In this document: positions 47,030 to 55,930 of the stretch, one piece after another
Position numbering within the stretch: the stretch's first letter is position 1
Layout of the letters: each line of letters starts with the position of its first letter
DNA from: Carpediemonas membranifera BICM
Lineage: Eukaryota > Protista > Fornicata
Reading direction: 5' to 3'
DNA: 64,000 nucleotides
Assembly: GCA_019828565.1 (NCBI GenBank)
Contig: JAHDYR010000069.1
Location: forward strand, 626,799 to 690,798
Program-made: the position numbers and the translations under genes
The notes under the pieces: model-generated
The model's input: only the letters and a program-made list of their open reading frames with translations
Told to the model about the DNA's origin: nothing
Databases searched by the model: none

Positions 47030-47578
47030 CGACCATTTGGTCGACGATAATCGACTATTCCAAATTGATCTAATCAAATTTATATTCCGTTTGGCGGCCT
47101 TGGCCCGTCATCCGTGTCGCCTTCGGCCATCCTCACGGTTTCTGCTGGAGGGATACGATCTGCTCGCGATCGGGACGGATCAAGACCGTATCCACAATCA
47201 TATCTTTCGAGATTTTCTAAATATTTTGGCCATCTTTCTCGTGTCCCCGGAATCCTGTTCTGACACACCCTGACCCAGCAGTGTCAGGGCGTGAGCCACG
47301 CCCGAGGCGTGATAGCTTACATATCGATGATATGCCGACCATTTGGTCGACGATAATCGACTATTCCAAATTGATGCATCCCGCCATCTAACCTTGCGAT
47401 GGTACCCCTGAGCCTTCCTCTACTGCACTTATGACCTTCTGTGCCGGTTATACGTGGCATATGTAATTCCTGTTCCGAATCCGAGAAACATCCATTTCTC
47501 TAACTCTTGCCTGATTCTTTTCCCCTCGTTCCGTTTCATCTCCCTTTATCGCTACAATGCTCTCTTATGTCCTATATT

Positions 47579-50500
47579 CTATGTTCTTCTCTGCAGAGCA
47601 TGCTGTGAGATTCGAATGGCCTCTTCACAGTATCTATTCACCGAATCGATCGACTTCCAGCCTCCTAGTGCCTGAATAATCAATGGGGAACGCCCTTCAT
47701 CGATCATGTGAACGACGGCTCCACGTCTGAAGCTGTGTCCTGTTGCCTTGAAGACCTCGTTGACGTCCATGATCATCTCCCATCTGCGCCACCTTGTTGC
47801 TGTCAGTGGAAGGCAGTTGTCTCTCAGCAGGCTCTCGGTGTGCTGTATGGATCTCCACAGGGGTCCTTCCGTCTGAATGTCGTTGAGGTGTGCTCTCAGC
47901 CACTTGGCTGGGCTTAAGCCTCCTGCTGCTAGTAGTGGGATCAGCTTCACCATGGGCTCATCCCTGGTCTTGGATCTTCGAATAGTGATCTCGTAGCCCT
48001 CTCTCACCCGCCGAACGTCGGTCGTGAGTAAGCTCATTATCTCCCCTGATCTGCTGACGGTGGAGAAGCACGTCAGTCCGAAGGCTACTGCCTGCGTGAG
48101 CGCCGGTGACTTGGTCTTGCGCGCCGCGGCTGCTGCTCTCTTCAGCTGCTCGACTGTCACCGGGTATGCCTTTCCAGTCTTACGACCCACAGTGAGCTCG
48201 CATTTGCCGGCCATTCTTGCACACGCGCGTATAAGAGCCCTGTGGATGGGTGAGCTCTCCAGACCATGGTTGATCGACTCTAGGCCAGTCCTGATATTTG
48301 CTTCCTTGACGAGGAATGTGTCCTTGGCAATGAAAGGGATCTCTTGTATCATGTAGTGTAGGAGGTAGTCGTCATCAGGCGCCATCTGTGCGATCTCTTC
48401 GACTTCTGCTCTCCAGTCTGCGTCCCTAATGCGTTGTGCCATCTCGCCCAGGAAAACGGCTGTTTCTGCCCTTGCTCCTACCGTGTCTCTGTTCTCTCCA
48501 GCTTCCTCCTCTTCCTCCATCATACGTTCTGCAAAACTGATGTACTTTGCCGTCTCCACGGCTATGCGCTCTCGGGTGCTCCGTTCCCGGTCCCTGATGA
48601 GTGCTGCTCCGAGTATCTGATCTCTGAGGCCTGTCTCGAACTCTCTGGGGCTTCTTCGCCACCTGTGCTCCTCCTGTCTTCCGCTGGCGATACGTTCTCT
48701 CGCTCTCTGTTGCAGGACTCCCCCGGCTGTGAGGACGAGGTCTCTGTGGCGATCGGGATCCAGTAGGCTATGAACGTCGCTCTCTGCTTGCCTGTGAAGA
48801 GGCTCCCTATCTCCGTGTGGGCCCACCAGCTGGTCGGGAACGCTGCCTCGAACCAGTCCTGTGCTATGGCTGCCAGTCTGGCGTTGGAGTTCGTCCTGCG
48901 TTGTGGTGCGATGACTAATAGGCCTCTCTGCTGCAGTGCGGGGTGCGTCTCGTCTGACGTGGCGATCTCCTCCGCCCTGGCGATGACCTTGTCCAGTAGG
49001 CTGACTGGTGGGACCGCCAATGACCTCATCTCTGACCAATTGCATGTAAATGCGTCCGTCTGGAAGTCGTGGTCCTCCGGCAGGAATCTCTCCGCGCAGA
49101 AGAGTGATCGGTCTGCTGACCCCCATCGTTCCAGCGCGCTCTGGAGCATCGCCGCGGGTGAGTTCCAGTCCAGCTTCCGGTACCTGGACAGCCCGTCGGC
49201 AGTCGTGTTGTATCTCCCTGGAATGTGCTTGGTTCTTATCCTGCAGCCAATCTCGAACAAGTAGTCGTGAAGCTTCACAATCGTCCTTCTGATGTGTCGG
49301 GGAGCTCTGGTGCTTGACTTCAGGACCCATGAAAGCGCTGATGTGTTGTCCCCGGCTAGGAGTAGGTCCCTCTCCTGAATGTCGCTCGTCCATCTCCGCA
49401 GGCCTTCCTCCATTGCCCATAGCTCCTTCGCGTTGATGCTCTTGGAGCATTGTGCCTCTGAGAACCTGCCCTGGATGTTGAGGGACGTGTCTTCGACAAA
49501 CAGCGTCGCGCCGAACGCATAGTCCGACGCGTCGGTCTCCATACGAAGTACCTGGCCTCTTGGGCCGAAGTACCATGCCGGATCGGATGATAGCTGTCTG
49601 GCCCACCACCGCAGGTCCGTTCGTAGGTCCTGGGGCAGGCTGGACTTTGTGTACCGCACTCGGTCGTCGCAGCCAGCGATCCTGACCTGCAGCTCTCTGA
49701 GCCGGACAAGTGCCCGCGTCCCTAGTGCGAACCGGCAGAAGAGTAGCTTTCCGTGAAGGGTCTGAAGGTCCCGCTTTGTGTGTCTCTTGAGTTGCAGGTT
49801 GGCTATGAGACTGCTGTACTGAGCCCTCTTCTCCTCTGGCAGCGACATCGTCATCTCGCGCAAGTCGACTATCACGCCCAAGTAAGTTACCCTCTGGGAC
49901 GGGGTCAAGTGGCACTTCTCTCTCGATAGGACGACTCCAAGTGAGTCCAAGATCTCTAAGATCCGTGGGACCTGGGCGCTCAACGACTCTCTCGAGCGAC
50001 TGATTATGAGCAGATCGTCCAGATACACGTATATTATCAGTCCTTCGAGAAGTGAGCGCAAGATCTTCGCCATCTGTGACGTAACCGACTGAAACTGCCG
50101 TGGCGCCGTTGAGAGGCCGAAAGGGAGTCCTCTCCATCTGTATTGTTCTCCCTCGAACGAGAATCCGAGTTCCTGTCGTGAGTTCTCCTCCACTAGGAGC
50201 TGGTAGTACCCGGACTTCATGTCCAATGTTATTCCCCACGAGTTTCTCGGAACGCCATGCTGTATCTCTGCTAGGCCCTTCAGCCTGAATGTTAGGTCTT
50301 CTTGGTATGCATTGACCGGTCTCAGGTCGTGTATCAGACGGTAGCTGCCTGCGATCTTCTTCTCTAATGTAAACAGGGGGCATATTGTCGTCGCCTCGCC
50401 CTTCTCTATTGCTTTCTGTTGCAGTAGCTCCTCTAGTAGAGCCTTCATCGTGTCTGTCTCCTTCTGGAGGTGCGCATTGAGCGCCGGTGCTGCCGGGGTG

Positions 50501-50695
50501 ACCTTCACTCCCTCTCGTAACAGTTGCACCACCTCCCTGCTGGCCCCGAGGGCCTCCCACCTCATCCACCGACGGCTCATCGAGCCCGTCAGCCCCTGTA
50601 TACACTGGGTGGAGGTGTCTTGCTGATCTTCTTGTGCTTCTTCTCTTTCCATTGCAAACAAACTCTTCGAAGTATATCGAGCCTTTTATAGTCAT
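47579..50695 (-). CDS. Tyrosine recombinase ORF of Y3, overlapping the RT ORF in another frame
   Basis: 1038-aa ORF with C-terminal SRSGE, SKT, HSFRRG, GGW and RY catalytic motifs. Confidence 0.9.
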   Translation of the reverse strand: MTIKGSIYFEEFVCNGKRRSTRRSARHLHPVYTGADGLDEPSVDEVGGPRGQQGGGATVTRGSEGHPGSTGAQCAPPEGDRHDEGSTRGATATESNREGRGDDNMPPVYIREEDRRQLPSDTRPETGQCIPRRPNIQAEGPSRDTAWRSEKLVGNNIGHEVRVLPAPSGGELTTGTRILVRGRTIQMERTPFRPLNGATAVSVGYVTDGEDLALTSRRTDNIRVSGRSAHNQSLERVVERPGPTDLRDLGLTWSRPIEREVPLDPVPEGNLLGRDSRLARDDDVAARGEEGSVQQSHSQPATQETHKAGPSDPSRKATLLPVRTRDAGTCPAQRAAGQDRWLRRPSAVHKVQPAPGPTNGPAVVGQTAIIRSGMVLRPKRPGTSYGDRRVGLCVRRDAVCRRHVPQHPGQVLRGTMLQEHQREGAMGNGGRPAEMDERHSGEGPTPSRGQHISAFMGPEVKHQSSPTHQKDDCEASRLLVRDWLQDKNQAHSREIQHDCRRAVQVPEAGLELTRGDAPERAGTMGVSRPITLLRGEIPAGGPRLPDGRIYMQLVRDEVIGGPTSQPTGQGHRQGGGDRHVRRDAPRTAAERPISHRTTTQDELQRQTGSHSTGLVRGSVPDQLVGPHGDREPLHRQAESDVHSLLDPDRHRDLVLTAGGVLQQRARERIASGRQEEHRWRRSPREFETGLRDQILGAALIRDRERSTRERIAVETAKYISFAERMMEEEEEAGENRDTVGARAETAVFLGEMAQRIRDADWRAEVEEIAQMAPDDDYLLHYMIQEIPFIAKDTFLVKEANIRTGLESINHGLESSPIHRALIRACARMAGKCELTVGRKTGKAYPVTVEQLKRAAAAARKTKSPALTQAVAFGLTCFSTVSRSGEIMSLLTTDVRRVREGYEITIRRSKTRDEPMVKLIPLLAAGGLSPAKWLRAHLNDIQTEGPLWRSIQHTESLLRDNCLPLTATRWRRWEMIMDVNEVFKATGHSFRRGAVVHMIDEGRSPLIIQALGGWKSIDSVNRYCEEAIRISQHALQRRT
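48562..50661 (-). CDS. RT, RNase H and degenerate methyltransferase-like domain of Y3
   Basis: LIHDLR, LDMKSGYYQ, LPFGL, YLDD, TDAS, INAKEL, DNT, ADGLSR, DAF..NW....AVPP. Confidence 0.93.
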   Translation of the reverse strand: MFAMEREEAQEDQQDTSTQCIQGLTGSMSRRWMRWEALGASREVVQLLREGVKVTPAAPALNAHLQKETDTMKALLEELLQQKAIEKGEATTICPLFTLEKKIAGSYRLIHDLRPVNAYQEDLTFRLKGLAEIQHGVPRNSWGITLDMKSGYYQLLVEENSRQELGFSFEGEQYRWRGLPFGLSTAPRQFQSVTSQMAKILRSLLEGLIIYVYLDDLLIISRSRESLSAQVPRILEILDSLGVVLSREKCHLTPSQRVTYLGVIVDLREMTMSLPEEKRAQYSSLIANLQLKRHTKRDLQTLHGKLLFCRFALGTRALVRLRELQVRIAGCDDRVRYTKSSLPQDLRTDLRWWARQLSSDPAWYFGPRGQVLRMETDASDYAFGATLFVEDTSLNIQGRFSEAQCSKSINAKELWAMEEGLRRWTSDIQERDLLLAGDNTSALSWVLKSSTRAPRHIRRTIVKLHDYLFEIGCRIRTKHIPGRYNTTADGLSRYRKLDWNSPAAMLQSALERWGSADRSLFCAERFLPEDHDFQTDAFTCNWSEMRSLAVPPVSLLDKVIARAEEIATSDETHPALQQRGLLVIAPQRRTNSNARLAAIAQDWFEAAFPTSWWAHTEIGSLFTGKQRATFIAYWIPIATETSSSQPGESCNRERENVSPAEDRRSTGGEEAPESSRQASEIRYSEQHSSGTGNGAPESA

Positions 50696-50724
50696 CGGGT
50701 TCAGGCTTAACCCTTCTCTGGCCT

Positions 50725-51264
50725 CTACTGGGCCCGCCCCGGTCCGAGGTCGGTTGCCGGGGCACGACGGTTGTTGTTGTTGAAGCGGGGAGAGTTGCGG
50801 CTGAAGCCGCCGAAGCCTCTCTGGAACCGCTTGGGTCGAGGAGGCGGTGGGGTGGCCTTGGCCGCCTTGGCGGCCAGCACTACGAAGCGTTGCGCGTCTC
50901 GTTCTTCTCTCGAAATAGCCATGAAGTAGCGCGCAGCGGTGTCGGAGTGGCTGTCATATAGCCGTAGGAACTCGAGTCTGCGCTCGAAGACCGCCTCGAT
51001 CGCGGCTTCGATCTGGTTGACGCGCGTCATCTCCGGGTTGTTGAGGATACCTCTGATGTCGGCAAGTGTCTCGCGGAGGTGGTCGTACTCCTTAGCAACG
51101 GCTCCTATCCGAGACGGGCGTCTCGGGTCCCGTGTACTGTCCTTAACCGATGAAACCTCCGAACGGAGTGCCGTAATGACGTTCTGCTGCTGTTGTATGA
51201 GCTCAGCAAGGCTCTCCATGGTGACAGGCGGCGGATCAGCGTTATCCGTGTCGCCTTCGGCCAT
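50725..51264 (-). CDS. gag: Gag-like ORF1 of Y3
   Basis: ATG MAEGDT; coiled coil and basic tail; homologous to Y0 and Y2 ORF1. Confidence 0.8.
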   Translation of the reverse strand: MAEGDTDNADPPPVTMESLAELIQQQQNVITALRSEVSSVKDSTRDPRRPSRIGAVAKEYDHLRETLADIRGILNNPEMTRVNQIEAAIEAVFERRLEFLRLYDSHSDTAARYFMAISREERDAQRFVVLAAKAAKATPPPPRPKRFQRGFGGFSRNSPRFNNNNRRAPATDLGPGRAQ

Positions 51265-53929
51265 CCTCACGGTTTCTGCTGGAGGGATACGATCTGCTCG
51301 CGATCGGGACGGATCAAGACCGTATCCACAATCATATCTTTCGAGATTTTCTAAATATTTTGGCCATCTTTCTCGTGTCCCCGGAATCCTGTTCTGACAC
51401 ACCCTGACCCAGCAGTGTCAGGGGCGTGAGCCACGCCCGAGGCGTGATAGCTTACATATCGATGATATGCCGACCATTTGGTCGACGATAATCGACTATT
51501 CCAAATTGATGCATCCCGCCATCTAACCTTGCGATGGTACCCCTGAGCCTTCCTCTACTGCACTTATGACCTTCTGTGCCGGTTATACGTGGCATATGTA
51601 ATTCCTGTTCCGAATCCGAGAAACATCCATTTCTCTAACTCTTGCCTGATTCTTTTCCCCTCGTTCCGTTTCATCTCCCTTTATCGCTACAATGCTCTCT
51701 TATGTCCTATATTCTATGTTCTTCTCTGCAGAGCATGCTGTGAGATTCGAATGGCCTCTTCACAGTATCTATTCACCGAATCGATCGACTTCCAGCCTCC
51801 TAGTGCCTGAATAATCAATGGGGAACGCCCTTCATCGATCATGTGAACGACGGCTCCACGTCTGAAGCTGTGTCCTGTTGCCTTGAAGACCTCGTTGACG
51901 TCCATGATCATCTCCCATCTGCGCCACCTTGTTGCTGTCAGTGGAAGGCAGTTGTCTCTCAGCAGGCTCTCGGTGTGCTGTATGGATCTCCACAGGGGTC
52001 CTTCCGTCTGAATGTCGTTGAGGTGTGCTCTCAGCCACTTGGCTGGGCTTAAGCCTCCTGCTGCTAGTAGTGGGATCAGCTTCACCATGGGCTCATCCCT
52101 GGTCTTGGATCTTCGAATAGTGATCTCGTAGCCCTCTCTCACCCGCCGAACGTCGGTCGTGAGTAAGCTCATTATCTCCCCTGATCTGCTGACGGTGGAG
52201 AAGCACGTCAGTCCGAAGGCTACTGCCTGCGTGAGCGCCGGTGACTTGGTCTTGCGCGCCGCGGCTGCTGCTCTCTTCAGCTGCTCGACTGTCACCGGGT
52301 ATGCCTTTCCAGTCTTACGACCCACAGTGAGCTCGCATTTGCCGGCCATTCTTGCACACGCGCGTATAAGAGCCCTGTGGATGGGTGAGCTCTCCAGACC
52401 ATGGTTGATCGACTCTAGGCCAGTCCTGATATTTGCTTCCTTGACGAGGAATGTGTCCTTGGCAATGAAAGGGATCTCTTGTATCATGTAGTGTAGGAGG
52501 TAGTCGTCATCAGGCGCCATCTGTGCGATCTCTTCGACTTCTGCTCTCCAGTCTGCGTCCCTAATGCGTTGTGCCATCTCGCCCAGGAAAACGGCTGTTT
52601 CTGCCCTTGCTCCTACCGTGTCTCTGTTCTCTCCAGCTTCCTCCTCTTCCTCCATCATACGTTCTGCAAAACTGATGTACTTTGCCGTCTCCACGGCTAT
52701 GCGCTCTCGGGTGCTCCGTTCCCGGTCCCTGATGAGTGCTGCTCCGAGTATCTGATCTCTGAGGCCTGTCTCGAACTCTCTGGGGCTTCTTCGCCACCTG
52801 TGCTCCTCCTGTCTTCCGCTGGCGATACGTTCTCTCGCTCTCTGTTGCAGGACTCCCCCGGCTGTGAGAAAGAAAGAAAGAAATTTATGGTGCTTGGATT
52901 CTGACCCCGGACTGAGCTTGTTTCCCGTTGTCTTGGAGCTGAGTGCCCCGGGGTACTGCCTATTTCCCGTGGCAAACTGGTCAGCAGCGTTTGCCTTGGG
53001 CTTTCGGTGCTACTGTCTCCGCGGAAAGCCGATTCCAATCGCCCCAGAGGCCCTGCGGCCATCTCCGTGCAAATATGCTTTCCTGTCTCCCTGAAAGTCC
53101 GGCAACTATCCGGGGAGCCTGGGGGTCTGTCCTCGGGGCATTGATAGGCAGGATCGTCCTGCAGAACCTTGACTATGACACTCCTTGCTTCCCTGCAGTC
53201 CTTGTAGAGCCGTTCAGCCACGGCACCCTCTCGTCTGTCCGGTTCCCCAATTCCATGCCCCCTCGACTCTGTTAAGAAGCCTACCCGAAGGCGGGGAAAG
53301 TGACTAAGTCCATGCTGTCTACCCCGGTTAGGTGGCGTGGGTCAGGGCATGGGTGGTGTACCCCCAGGCACTAGGCCTGGTTGTCCTGTTACCCCTTACA
53401 ACATTTCGCTTGCACTACATGTCCTTGGTTTCCCATGTCGTTAACAAGGGCGGCAGGGGCACCTGTGCCCCTCCGACCCCCGTGGCCAGTCCCTGCAGTT
53501 TCCTTGGGGTCCCAACGAGTGGTGCAACCATATGAATATGGATTTCCTTGACCTTATCCTTGCTCTGTCCTTGTTGCATGTCCTTTCTTTCTTATTTCTG
53601 GTCTGTCCTTCCTGTTATTTCCTTGCAGTCGTTCCTTCCATTGCTTTGGTTCCTGGCTACCGGGATACGTGGGGCCTTTCCTCACTGATCCCAGGAGCTT
53701 AGCACCCAGCGAGGGTGGTCCATGGCTGATTCCTTGTCCATCCCTTCCCGGTCCTGGAGTCAGGGGTTCATGACATGCTTCTATTCCACCTTGAAGCTGT
53801 TGTAAACCTTTGCCAGTTCCCGTAGTCCTGCCGTGAGGCCTTCCCAAATGTCCTCCGAGCCCCATATTATTAGTTGCTGTAATTCTAGGATGGGTCTTTC
53901 CTGGTACCATTCACCCTGGGGGCCCTGCC

Positions 53930-54604
53930 TTACTTCCAAGTCCTTAGTTTTGTGCTTCGCTGTATGATGGCTTTGAGCCTGTGCTTCTCCATCATATCCT
54001 TCCACCGGGTGGATCTTTCCATCTGGCCTGGGTCGATGTTCCAGTCTCCCATAATTATGGCCTCCATGCTCCCTTTCATGTCCATGATCTTCTGTATAGT
54101 GTCCCTGAATCCATCCTTCTCCTGCTTGCTGTGGCCGGATGGAGGGCCATACACGTTGATGACTAGTATGTCCCTGCCGGTTCTCATTATGCTGGCTTGC
54201 ACTCTTCCCGATAGGCTGTCCGTTATGCCGATGTCCCACTTTGCAGTTGCGTGTGGGCTCACTATCGTGCCGATGCCTTCCCTTGTTCCCTTCCATCTTG
54301 GCGCAGGTTCGTCATTGCCTGCTATGCCTAGTTGTCGGTTGATGCGGTGCTGACTTTTGACATCCGCCTTTCGTTTTTCGTTGGCTAAGACCAGGTCCTC
54401 TTCCGTCTCCCTCCCTGCTAGTGCGTAGTCAAGGTCCATGAAGCAATGAACCCTCGTATTCGCCGTTCTCCATGTCTCTTGTATGAGTACTGCCTCTATG
54501 TCCTTCAACCTTAGCTGAATCGCCGTTGCCATAGACGCCGTGAAGTCCTTTCCTCTTCCTATGTGTCCCTCTGTGTTCAGACTAAGTATCTTGTAGGTTA
54601 CCAT
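53930..54604 (-). pseudogene. Apurinic endonuclease domain of LINE ORF2, truncated
   Basis: ILSLNTEG, LIQETW, GIGTIV, INVYGP, IMGDWN. Confidence 0.88.
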
Positions 54605-55070
54605 TGCCTTTGTCCGGTTTCCTTATCCTGCGAATTCCCAGAATTTGGGAGCCCCAGCTTCCCGCTCCTCTCCTGCTATCCTTGTCCTAACAAGGGGCCT
54701 AGATGCCGGTCTCGGTGACCCTTGTCAGGCCAACCTTGTTACCACCTGGTGACCTTCCATTCTTCGGGCAGGGGTACTTAGGAGGGGGACGATATGACGT
54801 GACCCCCCTTTGGCTGCCGCTACAGCCTACCGGCAGTGCATTTCAGCTAATGCCGGGCCCTGGGTGGGAGCCAGGGCTTGTGAATTATAAAGAAAATGTT
54901 GCTTGTTCCTTGAAAGAATACTGCTTTACCATGTCCTTACTCCTCCTCCGTGGACTCCCCCACTGCCGCTGCAGCTGTCCTCGGCCTGACTCACTTGCTG
55001 TCCTTGTAGACTCTGCATTACCGTGATGAACTGGGTCATCAGGTCCATGGGTGAGATCTGCTTGGCCTTC

Positions 55071-55889
55071 TTAGCCTTCTTGTGCTTGTGCCGGGGGGAT
55101 CGTGGGCTTCTCCTTGCTGGGCTTAGTCGCGACGCCGGAGAGCACCAACCTTCCGTGGCCTTGCTCTTGCATGAGTCGGGCAGCCTTGAGCGCTGAGATC
55201 TCTTGTTGCGCCTCTGCCAACTGCTTTCGGAGCCGCAGCTTCTCCGAGTCCATGCCGGTTGCCTGTCTGCTTCCAGACTCCCAGTCCATGTCCTCTTCGT
55301 GCCTGCTTCTCTTTCCGCTGTCCGAGTCCATGATCCTACTCGTGCTGCCCTCCTTGCGCTTGAGCGTCGTGGAGGAAGAGTGATCCTTGCTGTTGTCCAT
55401 GCCTCCCTCTGAGCCTCTACCGGCCCAGGTGTTCCCGCTGAACGAGCCTCTCATCTGCGTTACCGTGTTGTCCTGTCTCTCCCTGTCGTCTCCTCCGTGG
55501 TTACGATCCGAGGTCCTGTTCATGTTACCAGCTCTGTCGCCGGTTCTGTCGTCAGCTCTGACACCAGCTCTACCGCCGGCTCCGTGTCCTACCCTTCTGT
55601 CCTCTTCCCTGTCTCCATGCTGGTCGTGATGTCCTTGATCCGCGTCCTGGCCGAAGTGCCTGCCCACCATCCTGGTGCTAATCCGCCTCGCCTTTTCCTC
55701 CAGGCCGTTGTCGAAGAACCTACTTTGGTATGGCTGTTCGGACTTTCCGTCGATGGTGGGGACATACGTGATGCCTGGGACATTGACTGTGTTGGCTCTG
55801 GGCTCGTCCGGGATAGCTGCCGAGACTAGTCTGGCCCCTTCCTTGCGCATGCGGCTTAGGATGGTCCCAGCCTCGCTGACCCTGACCAT
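55071..55889 (-). CDS. Low-complexity/coiled-coil ORF, probably the frameshifted ORF1 C-terminus
   Basis: 272-aa ORF lying between ORF1 and the APE ORF. Confidence 0.4.
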   Translation of the reverse strand: MVRVSEAGTILSRMRKEGARLVSAAIPDEPRANTVNVPGITYVPTIDGKSEQPYQSRFFDNGLEEKARRISTRMVGRHFGQDADQGHHDQHGDREEDRRVGHGAGGRAGVRADDRTGDRAGNMNRTSDRNHGGDDRERQDNTVTQMRGSFSGNTWAGRGSEGGMDNSKDHSSSTTLKRKEGSTSRIMDSDSGKRSRHEEDMDWESGSRQATGMDSEKLRLRKQLAEAQQEISALKAARLMQEQGHGRLVLSGVATKPSKEKPTIPPAQAQEG

Positions 55890-55930
55890 GCCCCCAGTCT
55901 CTCGGGATGAAGCTCGCCCCTAGGGTGATC

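Larger units (their letters stand above)
47030..51470 (-). mobile_element. DIRS/PAT-like YR retrotransposon Y3, apparently intact
   Basis: A repeats 51244-51470 and 47110-47335; B repeats 47336-47375 and 47030-47069; three uninterrupted ORFs. Confidence 0.95.

Noticed and set aside
33764-51510. Palindromic 38-49-bp B repeats as CRISPR repeats
   Set aside because: Only two or three copies per family, no spacer periodicity and no cas genes; explained by split direct repeats.
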